A DNA stretch of 64,000 nt, from assembly GCA_013359225.1 (NCBI GenBank), contig JABWCG010000002.1, forward strand, positions 49,470 to 113,469, read 5' to 3'. The translations under genes were made by a program, and so were the position numbers. Below, in pieces: positions 21,004 through 31,277 of this stretch. The DNA is from Candidatus Buchananbacteria bacterium. GTDB lineage: Bacteria > Patescibacteriota > Patescibacteriia > Buchananbacterales > UBA6539. The first letter of the stretch is position 1. Each line of letters starts with the position of its first letter. The notes under the pieces were generated by a model, which was not told where the DNA came from, made no database searches, and worked only from the letters and a program-made list of their open reading frames with translations.

Positions 21004-21399
21004 ATGAAACTAAAATTTCTCACTTTTATCAGTATATTTTCCTTGGCGCTGGCCATTGTTTTTTTAGGAGCAGCCAGCGCTGTTTTAGCCGCTGAAGGGA
21101 TTGAAAATCCATTAGGTATTGACGACCCGCGCGAAATCATTGGTAATGTCATTCGGGCGATTTTAGGTATTGTTGGTTCCTTGGCATTAGCAATTTTCAT
21201 TTTTGGCGGTTTTACTTGGATAACTTCGGCTGGTAATGATGAAAAAGTAAAAAAGGGTAAAGAGATGATTACCTGGGCGGCGTTTGGGTTGGTGGTAATC
21301 TTTTTAAGTTATGCGCTAGTGACCTTTGTGATCGGGGCGATTGTTGGTGGTTCAGGTGGTAGTCCAACTATTCCTGGTAGCGGCGACTCTTCTATTTAA
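21004..21399 (+). CDS. TrbC/VirB2-like pilin of the CPR type
   Basis: Signal peptide, NPLG, two TM helices flanking WITSAGNDEKVKKGK. Confidence 0.85.
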   Translation: MKLKFLTFISIFSLALAIVFLGAASAVLAAEGIENPLGIDDPREIIGNVIRAILGIVGSLALAIFIFGGFTWITSAGNDEKVKKGKEMITWAAFGLVVIFLSYALVTFVIGAIVGGSGGSPTIPGSGDSSI

Positions 21400-21592
21400 A
21401 ATTAAAATTTGATTTATATTAAAAAACAGTTTAGGCTGTTTTTTATTGACAAATTCTTCAAAATATGCTATTATAAAAGGTCATGATTTTCTGGGTTTTC
21501 CTAGCAGATTATGACCCGCGTGGTCTTTACAATATAGCTAGTTTTGACTGAAATGAAACGCGCTAATGCGCTAAAACACAGGAGATCGTGAC

Positions 21593-22261
21593 ATGGCAGA
21601 AGGAAAGTTTCGAATGTTCGGTGAGTTTGGAACGGCGTTTTTGGCGGACCTGGTTTATGGCAAGACCATAGGCAAAGGTTCCGACACGGGTTCTGTCGCA
21701 GTTGGTTCCGGGCTGGCCAAGGAGTTGCGTCCTCGGCTCTTCGGTTTGGGACGCGACGACGAGGCAGCGTTTGCTCAGGCCCTGGCACAGCTCGACGCAG
21801 TCGGGCAAGCTAAGGTTTTGACCAGAATGAAGTCGTTGGGCAACCCCGACGCCGCCGACACCCCTGAGGCGAGAAGTTTTCGTCTCAGTTTCGTTACTCT
21901 CCCGGACCTGGCGTCGCGGGTAGAAGTAATGAAGATGATTGCCGATATGCCGGATTCCAAATGGCATGACTTCGTTGACGTCACCGGGTTTGCCAATTCT
22001 GGTGACCTCTTGAAGTCATTGCGCGAGTTCTATCGCCGGTTTGAAATTGAACTGGCGGTTATCATGCTGATTATGGGCGCGGCAGCGGTATACGTCGCTG
22101 GTGCCTTGGTTCGCGGTGATGAGAATGCCGCTCGTAGGCTTGAAGCCGGCGCCGCTGGACTGGAAGAGGTATCGGCAAAGGTGCGTCGTTGGGAGGAATC
22201 TCAAGACACTAAACTCAGGCAACAGAAGCGTGGCTTTTGGTCCTGGCTCTGGCCCTGGTAA
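21593..22261 (+). CDS. Hypothetical protein with a C-terminal TM segment
   Basis: AGGAG RBS; first gene of a GC-richer cluster. Confidence 0.65.
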   Translation: MAEGKFRMFGEFGTAFLADLVYGKTIGKGSDTGSVAVGSGLAKELRPRLFGLGRDDEAAFAQALAQLDAVGQAKVLTRMKSLGNPDAADTPEARSFRLSFVTLPDLASRVEVMKMIADMPDSKWHDFVDVTGFANSGDLLKSLREFYRRFEIELAVIMLIMGAAAVYVAGALVRGDENAARRLEAGAAGLEEVSAKVRRWEESQDTKLRQQKRGFWSWLWPW

Positions 22262-22297
22262 CTGTCAACAACAAACCATCTATGAGGATATACTGAC

Positions 22298-23812
22298 ATG
22301 GCTGAAAACGAGAAGAACGAGAAGAACAAAACCGTTACTCCTAGCAGTGACGGTGGCGCTGACGCAGTAATGCGTACGAAAATCGCTGGAGCGGTTCGAT
22401 CAGTAGCCGATGCTATTGAAGAACCGACGAAACTTGGAAGCGTGGCTTACACTACATCCATGGTTTCAGTCGCGATCTTGGCAGCTGTCGGCGTGTTTCT
22501 GGCGCTGTTCGGATCAAAGAGTGGTGAGCAACTTTTGGGTCGTGCCTATACTTTGCTTGAGATGATGTTGAGCGGAGCAGTCGGCACCACCAAGTGGGTT
22601 CAGTCTCAGCGACCGAAGATTCAGAAAATCCTTTGGCTGTATGGCTTGTGGATTCTTGGTACCGTGATAATGACCATCGTGGCCATCTGGATACCTTGGA
22701 CTACGCCGGCCGATATCATCCTGATCGTTTTGGCGGTCATGCCTTATGTGATGGCCTTGGTGGTTCAGGTGCTGGTAGGAAGCTTGCTCAACAATCGGCG
22801 ACTGTCTTTGGCACTCAGCCGACAGTTCGCCATCGTATCCATTGTTGAATTCTTTATTGCCGCGGGCGTGTTGTTTCTACCCGAGGAGATGAATGGGTTC
22901 TATGTGGTTACGAGTTTGGCCCTGGCAGGAATGATTGTTTGTGCTTATTCCCGGCTTGTTGGGACGAAGAGCAACGTCATTTTCCATGCCATGGTTATCA
23001 GCACTATCATGATGGCTTCGGCGGCCTTGAGCATCCACACTCTGGACGTGATTTCGCAATCAGACACCTCTCGTGGTATGGTGGCGAAAGAATTCAAGGC
23101 AACCGTTGATGCCTGGGCGTATCAGCTGACAAACTTCTTGCGTAGTGGGTACTTGGCTGAATATGTCGTTACTCAAGAGGGCGACCTCGATGTTAATGGC
23201 AATTTGGTTAAACTCACTAAGGGCACTAAGGTCTATCGTGATCTGAGCGCGAAGCCTGATTACCCGGATGGTCTGCCGCCCCGTTACAAGGTGACGGTAA
23301 ACGGCGGTACCAATGACGGCATGAAGGGATTTTTTTCTTCAAGCCTTCTGAAGCCGGCGAAGAAACCGTCCGAACCGAAAGTTGTACAACCTGCGCCTGC
23401 CCCAGCGCTAACGCCGGCGACGACGGTCACACTATCATCGCCTCCGGCCTTGACTCCTCCGGTGTCTGCCAATCCGTTGGAATCGGAAATCACCGCCGAG
23501 ACTGGGGAGTGGGAGGACATTGCTCCTTCCAGTTTAATACCCCAGGCTGGTGACATGCTGGTTTGGGGACCGCTGGACAATCCTAAGGAGTTTCGTCGGT
23601 TAGAGTTCATCGTTGGACTTAACGCCGACGATGTCTCAACACCAGTGGTGTTTGATTACCCAGGCGGTGGTTTCGTCGGTAAGACTGGTGTCACCAAGAA
23701 TGACAGTAATTCACCGTTGCGCTTTCGGGTCACCGATGGCGAGCCAATCACCTTCAAAGTGAAAGTTGAACCTGGCGAATATGCCAGATACCTCAAGCGG
23801 AAAGGAGACTGA
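22298..23812 (+). CDS. Hypothetical multi-TM protein with a Pro-rich linker and soluble C-terminal domains
   Basis: 504 aa; several TM helices; PAPAPALTP linker. Confidence 0.7.
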   Translation: MAENEKNEKNKTVTPSSDGGADAVMRTKIAGAVRSVADAIEEPTKLGSVAYTTSMVSVAILAAVGVFLALFGSKSGEQLLGRAYTLLEMMLSGAVGTTKWVQSQRPKIQKILWLYGLWILGTVIMTIVAIWIPWTTPADIILIVLAVMPYVMALVVQVLVGSLLNNRRLSLALSRQFAIVSIVEFFIAAGVLFLPEEMNGFYVVTSLALAGMIVCAYSRLVGTKSNVIFHAMVISTIMMASAALSIHTLDVISQSDTSRGMVAKEFKATVDAWAYQLTNFLRSGYLAEYVVTQEGDLDVNGNLVKLTKGTKVYRDLSAKPDYPDGLPPRYKVTVNGGTNDGMKGFFSSSLLKPAKKPSEPKVVQPAPAPALTPATTVTLSSPPALTPPVSANPLESEITAETGEWEDIAPSSLIPQAGDMLVWGPLDNPKEFRRLEFIVGLNADDVSTPVVFDYPGGGFVGKTGVTKNDSNSPLRFRVTDGEPITFKVKVEPGEYARYLKRKGD

Positions 23813-23815
23813 CTA

Positions 23816-24283
23816 GTGGCTAAGAAAGGCAGAAAGGTTGCAATCCGTGACGGATCGGATTTGACGGTGTTCATCACTTGGACACTCGGACACATTAAAC
23901 CCAAGGCGTTTCAGACATTACTTGGGAAGTTCGAGTTCGGCAAGGACGTTCAGATCGTCGATACCGATGATGTCATGATTTGGCGTCGGAAAGTGACCAT
24001 CGAGCCGATGCCGAAAGTCGTCAATGTGCAAGTGCAGTACACGGCTACCGTGGATGTCACGGACGAGATCGAAAATCAGTGCGCCGAAGATGCCGATAAT
24101 AAGGTGTTCAAGGTGATTGATACTTTGGTCAAGGTCAATGACGTCCCGGGCAACGATGAGCCGGAAAAGAAAGAAGAGAAGAAACCTGACCAGCAGCAAG
24201 GTCGCGGGCAACAACGCCAACAGGGCGGTGGTGGTCAAGGCGGCGGGCAGGGCGGTCGGAGTGGCCAAGGCGGTCAAACCTAG
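23816..24283 (+). CDS. Hypothetical protein with a Gln/Gly-rich tail
   Basis: GTG start after AAGGAG; QQGGGGQGGGQGG tail. Confidence 0.6.
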   Translation: MAKKGRKVAIRDGSDLTVFITWTLGHIKPKAFQTLLGKFEFGKDVQIVDTDDVMIWRRKVTIEPMPKVVNVQVQYTATVDVTDEIENQCAEDADNKVFKVIDTLVKVNDVPGNDEPEKKEEKKPDQQQGRGQQRQQGGGGQGGGQGGRSGQGGQT

Positions 24284-24498
24284 CTAAGCTAGTATCATCG
24301 ACTGAGAGTAATTTCGGGCGATGATCACGCATTTTCAAAGGACCAGTAAGTTTGTGCAAACAAGCAAGCTGGTCCTCTTTATTTTATCTTGACAGATCTA
24401 GTATTTTTTTGTAGTGTAGTTATATCAACATAGCGCCAAGAGTGTTATGTTTTTTGTTTGAACATTAACAACAAGTTTAACCTTTGGAGGGCTAAGTT

Positions 24499-24963
24499 AT
24501 GGGTATCAGAGATGTTTTAAAAGGGGCTGCTCTTGCCCTTGGTCTGGCTGGTGCTGGCTATGCTGTTGCCCAGACAGCTACATCGACGATCAGACCAACT
24601 GTTTCTTTGTGGGTTATTTTACAGAAATGTAAAGGCCAGGATGATGTGAATTGGCTGAAGCGGTTTGCCGATTTTGTAAAAATTATCGGCGATCAAAAAG
24701 CAACCAGGTTTGTCAGAAATCTTGAATTATTGGCCGGTGAAGTTGGAGTTGAAGTCGCGGCCGATTTGGTTACTTCGATTTTGGGTTTAGAGTCGCTAGA
24801 AGAAGCTTCAAACATGGCTTCAAATCTAAGATTCTTTGAACCAGCACCTTCAAACGGAACGCTTCTTGATGAATTAAGGAAGATGGATGAATCAGCTGCC
24901 GATAATATTGGTCGGCTAGGTGGTCGTTTCCGCCAGGCAATAAAAAATATCAAGGAAGCTTAG
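24499..24963 (+). CDS. Hypothetical protein
   Basis: GGAGG RBS; N-terminal hydrophobic segment. Confidence 0.6.
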   Translation: MGIRDVLKGAALALGLAGAGYAVAQTATSTIRPTVSLWVILQKCKGQDDVNWLKRFADFVKIIGDQKATRFVRNLELLAGEVGVEVAADLVTSILGLESLEEASNMASNLRFFEPAPSNGTLLDELRKMDESAADNIGRLGGRFRQAIKNIKEA

Positions 24964-25021
24964 TGGTTTCCTCGAAAAACCCTTTATCTGATAGCAGGCC
25001 AGATGTCAATTTGGCCTGTTT

Positions 25022-27058
25022 TTATTTAGTGGCCTTTTGCAATTGCCCTAAAACTTCAAGCGCCGGTTCAAACTTTGGATCAAGTTCCAAAGCTTTTTTA
25101 ATTTCCTCAACTGCCGCCGCTAAGTCTCCTTGGTTAGCAAACATTACTGCTAAATTCGTTCGCAGTTCGGGGTCATCGGGTACTGCTTCAATACCTTGAC
25201 GCAAGATGCTAATAGCTTGCTGGGGTTCATTTTGCCGGCTGTAAATTGATGCCAGGTGGCTGTAATTATCAATCAGCGTTGGGGAAAGAGCGATTGATTG
25301 GTAATAATGTTTAATGGCTTCATCAATACTTTGCAGATTGACTAAGCTAACCGCCAAACCATGATGACCGCGACCGAAATTCGGATTGATTTTTAAAGCC
25401 GCTTCAAAATTATCTTTAGCCGCTTCAAAATCACTTTGTAGTAGGTTAATCACCCCGGCGTTAGAATAGGCCAGATAGTATCGCGGCTCAACTGTAACTG
25501 CTTTTTCATATTGTTCTAAAGCCTGTTCCAGCTGGCCGAGTTTTTGATAGGTAACGCCAAAGTTGTTGTAGGTTTCAGCAATATTGGGTTGCAGTTTGAT
25601 TGCCTGTTGGTAATGTTCAATGGCTAACTTGTATTCGCCAAGCTCGTCATAAACCGTTGCCAAATTTTCATAGACAATCGCCAGGTTAGGTTCTAACGCC
25701 TTGGCTTTTTCTAGATGAGGTAAAGCTTCGTTGTAGTTTTTTTCTTTGGCATAAAGGTAGCCGATATTGTTGTGGACCCGTCCGTAATCCGGTCGTGACG
25801 CCAAGGTTTTTTGCCAAAGCGTTTTGTCGCTTTTCCAATCAAAGTTTCGGGCAAACGTTAGGCCGGCATAGCTAAATGTAATAGTAATAATCAGTAAAAC
25901 GCCACCAACCACCAAATATTTTTTGGTTGATTTTAATAGGTTATACACTAACCACCCCATTAGCAAGCAGGTACCAACTGACGCCAGGTAGGTGTATTTT
26001 TCAGCCATAATAATGCCAGTGGGAAAAACGTTGGTTACGGCGGCTAAGCTTAAGAAAAACCAACCAATCACTAAGCTAATTAGCGGCTTTCTTTTGGCGA
26101 GGTAAATCGCCAGACCAAACAGAGCGAGTAATAAAATAATTGATATTATTATTTTAGGATCAGCTAAATTTTGATTGATTTTAATTTCATGATAAACCGT
26201 CTGAGGGTAGGGAATAAACAATAAATAGATATATTTGATAAATGCTTTGCTGGTGTTAAAAACTCTGGTAATAAGACCGGATTGCTGTTCGGCATCAAAA
26301 GCGCGGCTGGCAATCGGCAGGCTGGCTCTGATGATGATCCAGACCACCACCCCTACAAAATAAGGGATATAGTTTTTGATTTTTTTGGCCATCACCCGAT
26401 ATTCAAAATTATTTTTATAAAGGTCTAGGAGGATTAACATTAATGGTAAGACGAGCGTGAATTCATAACTGAAAAATGCCAACCAACCAAAGATGATAGA
26501 CGTTAGGTAGAAATTTTGGATTCGGGCGCTGTTACTCTTCAGGTAAAAATAAACGGCGTATAAAAAGAAAACGGCGCCGATAATGTCGACACTGGTGGTA
26601 AAAAAACTGATCGCTTCAGTGTGAATTGGGTGAAGTCCAAAAAATAAGCTGCTTAAAAAAGCGACATGACGATTTTTGGTTAATTGTTCAATCAGGAGAT
26701 AGACGGCGACAACGGCTGCAAGATGAATTAGTAGTGATATCAAGTGATAGCCAAACGCATTTTCAACATGGCCGGTTTCGATCAGTTGATTTTGTCCGCC
26801 AAAAAGTTGGAAGATAAAAAGCTGAAAAATGCTGCGTAAGGGGCGATAAACGCCTTGGTGTTGAGCTGGTAGTTCGCCGCCCAAAAGCGATCCGACGCTA
26901 TCAAGACTATAAAGCGCTGGCCAGTTGCCATAGAAATCCGGGTCGTCCCAGACGAAGCCGTTTGCTAAAATATTTGAATAACTCAAAAAAGTTAAAACTA
27001 ATACAATACTAAGTGCTAGCCATTTTTTAGTTTCCAAGAAGTGTAAGATTTTTTCCAT
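25022..27058 (-). CDS. TMTC-like GT-C glycosyltransferase with TPR repeats
   Basis: FVWDD, YRPLR, LHPIHTEAI, AEKYTY; about 7 C-terminal TPRs. Confidence 0.85.
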   Translation of the reverse strand: MEKILHFLETKKWLALSIVLVLTFLSYSNILANGFVWDDPDFYGNWPALYSLDSVGSLLGGELPAQHQGVYRPLRSIFQLFIFQLFGGQNQLIETGHVENAFGYHLISLLIHLAAVVAVYLLIEQLTKNRHVAFLSSLFFGLHPIHTEAISFFTTSVDIIGAVFFLYAVYFYLKSNSARIQNFYLTSIIFGWLAFFSYEFTLVLPLMLILLDLYKNNFEYRVMAKKIKNYIPYFVGVVVWIIIRASLPIASRAFDAEQQSGLITRVFNTSKAFIKYIYLLFIPYPQTVYHEIKINQNLADPKIIISIILLLALFGLAIYLAKRKPLISLVIGWFFLSLAAVTNVFPTGIIMAEKYTYLASVGTCLLMGWLVYNLLKSTKKYLVVGGVLLIITITFSYAGLTFARNFDWKSDKTLWQKTLASRPDYGRVHNNIGYLYAKEKNYNEALPHLEKAKALEPNLAIVYENLATVYDELGEYKLAIEHYQQAIKLQPNIAETYNNFGVTYQKLGQLEQALEQYEKAVTVEPRYYLAYSNAGVINLLQSDFEAAKDNFEAALKINPNFGRGHHGLAVSLVNLQSIDEAIKHYYQSIALSPTLIDNYSHLASIYSRQNEPQQAISILRQGIEAVPDDPELRTNLAVMFANQGDLAAAVEEIKKALELDPKFEPALEVLGQLQKATK

Positions 27059-27111
27059 AGCTTTATTATACAAGAAAGTGTTTGACCTGGCGATTTTTAG
27101 TTAAAAATTTA

Positions 27112-27152
27112 ATGTAAAGTGGACTTGACATCAGATTTAATTAGTTTATACT
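27112..27152 (+). promoter_or_regulatory. Promoter with a palindromic operator overlapping the -35 box
   Basis: ATGTAAAGT-GG-ACTTGACAT imperfect palindrome; TTGACA(27125) and TATACT(27147) upstream of the XRE gene. Confidence 0.5.
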
Positions 27153-27177
27153 ATAAAGAGCATTTTATTTTAACTTT

Positions 27178-27387
27178 ATGGGTGAACAGGTATCAAATTT
27201 TGTTTATCAATATCGTACTAAGCAGGGAGTAACCCAAGAACAGTTAGCGTTGGCCTTAGGAGTTACTCGTCAGACGATTATTGCAATTGAGCGGGGAAAT
27301 TACACGCCGTCAGTATTGTTGGCGCTTAAGATTGCAAATTTTTTTGGCCAGCCGGTTGAAAAGATATTTATTTATGGAAATAATTAA
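27178..27387 (+). CDS. XRE-family HTH regulator
   Basis: TQEQLALALGVTRQTIIAIERGNYTPS. Confidence 0.92.
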   Translation: MGEQVSNFVYQYRTKQGVTQEQLALALGVTRQTIIAIERGNYTPSVLLALKIANFFGQPVEKIFIYGNN

Positions 27388-27405
27388 AATATAAAAATAA
27401 AATTA

Positions 27406-27954
27406 ATGATCAGCACTATGAACATCACAACCCGAAAGGTAGCAGCCTTTTTTTGTTTATTGGTTTTGACAGTCATAATTTCTGCCTGTGTGCCGGCTGA
27501 ACAAAACAGCGCTAATACCGCTACAGTTCCACAGGATAAAGCGTTTCAAGAACAAGATAATGTAATGCTTGAGGCTAATAATGTGGCCGGACAAGAGGCA
27601 ACAGACAGCGCGATGGTGGAAAAAGAGGAAAAAATACTGCAGGATGCCCCGGCTAGTGATAGCAGTGTGGTAGCGCCGCAGGTTAAGACGTTTGATATTA
27701 CGGCTAGAAATTTTGCCTTTTCTCAAACGGAGATAAAAGTGAAGAAAGGGGATAAGGTGCAAATTAATTTTAAGAGTACTGACGGCTTTCATGACTGGGT
27801 TATTGATGAATTTAATGCCAAAACCGACCAGGTTAATACCGGCGGCAGTTCTAGTGTTGAGTTTTCTGCTGATCAGCAAGGAATTTTTGAATTTTATTGT
27901 AGCGTCGGCCGTCACCGTGACTTGGGCATGGTAGGAAAATTGATTGTTGAATAG
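27406..27954 (+). CDS. Cupredoxin-domain lipoprotein
   Basis: Lipobox ISAC; type-1 Cu ligands H...YCSVGRHRDLGM. Confidence 0.85.
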   Translation: MISTMNITTRKVAAFFCLLVLTVIISACVPAEQNSANTATVPQDKAFQEQDNVMLEANNVAGQEATDSAMVEKEEKILQDAPASDSSVVAPQVKTFDITARNFAFSQTEIKVKKGDKVQINFKSTDGFHDWVIDEFNAKTDQVNTGGSSSVEFSADQQGIFEFYCSVGRHRDLGMVGKLIVE

Positions 27955-27993
27955 TTTGGTTTTTTAATATAAAAAACCACAGTCAGGCCGCTG

Positions 27994-28030
27994 AAAAAGC
28001 CTCGTTATAAATGAATAACGAGGCTTTTTA
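27994..28030 (+). terminator. Intrinsic terminator
   Basis: AAAAAGCCTCGTTAT...ATAACGAGGCTTTTT. Confidence 0.75.
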
Positions 28031-28352
28031 TTAAAGATTATTGTCTATGGGGGTAAGTTATCAACACCGTCTTCGATAGGTGCCTTTCCCCCTTGTTTTT
28101 TGGGACTTTCTTAATGCTTGTTCGGTTATAGCAAATTGTATATAATGACTAAACCACCAAAACTCTTGAAGGGAGGGAAAGCTTATAAAACAAAAATAAA
28201 ATTTTCGCCTGAAGCTTAAAATAAGATGGAAGCAAATTCTATTAGCCTGTCTTATTTTTTATTGACTTCAAATCCCATATTTTTCCATATTTCTTCAAAA
28301 CATTATTACATTTCGAGCTTAAAAACAAATTATTTAAGGAGGTCAAAAAAAT

Positions 28353-31244
28353 ATGAACGGCAAAATCAAAAAAAGAAGCGGCGAAATCGTCGAATTCAGT
28401 CCGAATAAAATTACTAATGCGATTCGTAAAGCTTTTTCGGCTACCGGTACCAAGTTTACCGAGGAGCATCTTGGCGAGATTGTTGATGAAGCGGTGTTGG
28501 AACTTGGTAAAACGTTTAGTGAAACAACGCCAAGCGTTGAAGATGTGCAAAACATCGTTGAAAAAATTCTAATGGCCGGAGGACATTTTGATGTTGCCAA
28601 ATCTTACATTATTTATCGTTATGAACATACTAAAGTCCGAGAAGAAAAGAAAAAAGACGTTTTAGAAAAATTAAACCGTAACGATTTATTGGTTATTAAA
28701 CGTTCCGGCCGGACTGAAAAGTTTTCATCAAAGAAATTAAAAAAATCGCTTACCTGGGCAGTCGCTGGATTAGAAGGCGACATCGACGTTGATCTTATTG
28801 TCCGACAATGTGAAGCCAATTTGTATGACAATATTGCGACTAAAGAGATTTCCCGCGCTCTTGTGTTGGCAGCGAGAAGTTTGATTGAACGCGATCCGGC
28901 TTATTCAAAGGTTGCAGTTCGGCTATTGTTTGATTTGCTGTACAAAAATGTTATCGGCAATGAAAAGCTTGACTATAAAAATTTTGATCAACTGTATCGG
29001 CAGGCTTTCATTAACAATATCAAAAAGGGTGTTGAGATCGGCCGGCTTGACCCTCAGTTATTGAATTTCGACCTGGAAGAAATTTCCAAAAAATTGAAAC
29101 CGGAACGCGATGATTTGTTTATGTATCTTGGTGGTCAAACACTCTATGACCGTTACTTCATTTCTAATCCGGAAACTAAACAGATTTTAGAAACGCCGCA
29201 GGCATTTTGGATGCGCGTTTCTATGGGTTTAAGTTTGCGCGAAGATCATAAAACCGAGATGGCGGCAAAGTTTTATGATCTAATTTCTTCATTGCGTTTT
29301 GTACCATCAACACCAACCTTGTTTCATGCCGGTACGTTCCATCCACAGTTAAGCTCTTGCTATTTAACAACGATTGAAGATTCGCTTGACCATATTTTTA
29401 AGTGTGTCGCTGATAATGCCCAGATGTCTAAATGGTCGGGTGGGGTTGCTAATGACTGGACCAATCTGCGCGGTACCGGCGCTTTGATTAAAGGTACGGG
29501 TGTTGAGAGTCAGGGCGTAATTCCATTTTTGAAGATTGCTAACGACACCACAGTGGCGATTAACCGCAGCGGCCGCCGTCGCGGCGCGACCTGTGCTTAC
29601 CTGGAAACCTGGCACTATGATATTGAAGACTTTTTGGAGTTAAAGAAAAATACCGGTGACGAACGACGACGAACCCACGATATGAACACTGCTAACTGGA
29701 TTCCGGATTTGTTCATGAAGCGAGTTGAGGCGGACGGTGAGTGGACCTTGTTGTCTCCAGATGAAGCGTCTGACCTGCATCATTTATATGGTAAAGATTT
29801 TGAGCGCCGTTATCTGCAGTATGAAAAACTGGCTAAAGAGGGTAAGTTGCGTATTCATAAAATAATTCGGGCCAAAGATTTGTGGAAGAAAATGATTATG
29901 ATGCTGTTTGAAACCGGACATCCCTGGATGACCTGGAAAGATCCATCCAATTTACGATCGCCGCAAGACCATGTTGGCGTGGTGCATAGTTCAAACCTCT
30001 GTACGGAAATCACTCTTAATACTTCAGCCGAAGAGACTGCGGTGTGTAATCTTGGCTCCATCAACTTGGCTAAGCATATTAAGGATAAGAAATTGGATGT
30101 TGATGTGCTTCGTGACACGGTTACAACGGCGATGCGGATGTTGGATAACGTGATTGATGTTAATTTTTATCCGACGGTTGAGGGAAAAAATTCTAACCTC
30201 AAACACCGGCCGGTTGGTTTGGGTATTATGGGTTTTCAAGATGCCCTTTACTTGCAGGATATTGCATTTGATTCTGATGAATGTGTCAACTTCGCCGATT
30301 ATTCCCAGGAAGTAATTTCATATCATGCGATTTTAGCTTCATCAAAATTAGCTGAAGAACGCGGCACTTACCGCAGTTATCGCGGATCAAAATGGGATCG
30401 CGGCATTTTGCCGGTTGATACGTTGGATGTGCTTGAAAAAGATCGCGGCGAAAAAATTGAAGTTTCTCGCTCGGCGAAACTGGACTGGTCAGTGGTTCGT
30501 CAATCAATCCAAAAGTATGGCATGAGAAATTCCAATTGTATGGCAGTTGCCCCAACTGCGACGATTGCTAACATTGCTGGCTGTTTTCCGTCGATTGAAC
30601 CAATCTATAAGAACGTTTATGTTAAATCCAACATGAGTGGTGAGTTTATTATCGTTAATAGTTATTTGGTCGCTGATTTGAAGAAGCGGGGATTATGGAC
30701 GGAAGATATGCTTGCAGAAATCAAAGGTAATGATGGTAATATTCTAAACATTACTAGAATCCCTGAAGTTTTGCGCGATAAGTATAAGGAAGTTTTTGAT
30801 ATTGATCCGGAGTGGTTAATTCGCGCGGCAGCATATCGCGGCAAGTGGATTGACCAAAGCCAGTCATTAAATTTGTTTATCAAAGGAAATTCAGGCAAAA
30901 AGATTGCTGACGCCTACATGTATGCTTGGAAGATGGGCTTAAAGACTACGTATTATTTGCGCAGCCTGGCGGCGACAACGGTTGAGCAAAGTTCGCTTGA
31001 GCTGAGTAAACAGCAGAGCATGTCTTCGGTCAAGTCCAATTCTGCTCAGAAAGTTGAAGAGCCGGAATTAGTACCACCAACCGTTATCTCTGAAGCTAAA
31101 ACAGAGCCGGTGGTTGAGCCAGTGGCCGTTAGAGAACCGGAGTCGATAATTAAACCATTGACCGCGGTGGCGCCAATTGGTCCTTCAGCCGCCCAGTTGA
31201 TGATGTGTAAGATTGACGACCCCGACTGTGAGTCGTGTCAATAA
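28353..31244 (+). CDS. nrdA: Class I ribonucleotide reductase alpha subunit with two ATP-cones
   Basis: Two IKKRSG/VIKRSG cones, LSSCY, SSNLCTEI, TTYYLRS, C-terminal CESCQ. Confidence 0.97.
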   Translation: MNGKIKKRSGEIVEFSPNKITNAIRKAFSATGTKFTEEHLGEIVDEAVLELGKTFSETTPSVEDVQNIVEKILMAGGHFDVAKSYIIYRYEHTKVREEKKKDVLEKLNRNDLLVIKRSGRTEKFSSKKLKKSLTWAVAGLEGDIDVDLIVRQCEANLYDNIATKEISRALVLAARSLIERDPAYSKVAVRLLFDLLYKNVIGNEKLDYKNFDQLYRQAFINNIKKGVEIGRLDPQLLNFDLEEISKKLKPERDDLFMYLGGQTLYDRYFISNPETKQILETPQAFWMRVSMGLSLREDHKTEMAAKFYDLISSLRFVPSTPTLFHAGTFHPQLSSCYLTTIEDSLDHIFKCVADNAQMSKWSGGVANDWTNLRGTGALIKGTGVESQGVIPFLKIANDTTVAINRSGRRRGATCAYLETWHYDIEDFLELKKNTGDERRRTHDMNTANWIPDLFMKRVEADGEWTLLSPDEASDLHHLYGKDFERRYLQYEKLAKEGKLRIHKIIRAKDLWKKMIMMLFETGHPWMTWKDPSNLRSPQDHVGVVHSSNLCTEITLNTSAEETAVCNLGSINLAKHIKDKKLDVDVLRDTVTTAMRMLDNVIDVNFYPTVEGKNSNLKHRPVGLGIMGFQDALYLQDIAFDSDECVNFADYSQEVISYHAILASSKLAEERGTYRSYRGSKWDRGILPVDTLDVLEKDRGEKIEVSRSAKLDWSVVRQSIQKYGMRNSNCMAVAPTATIANIAGCFPSIEPIYKNVYVKSNMSGEFIIVNSYLVADLKKRGLWTEDMLAEIKGNDGNILNITRIPEVLRDKYKEVFDIDPEWLIRAAAYRGKWIDQSQSLNLFIKGNSGKKIADAYMYAWKMGLKTTYYLRSLAATTVEQSSLELSKQQSMSSVKSNSAQKVEEPELVPPTVISEAKTEPVVEPVAVREPESIIKPLTAVAPIGPSAAQLMMCKIDDPDCESCQ

Positions 31245-31277
31245 AAGTTAATAAATTAAGATTACAACTATATCACT

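Noticed and set aside
28100-28352. NrdR boxes upstream of nrdA
   Set aside because: No convincing tandem match to the NrdR consensus by eye.
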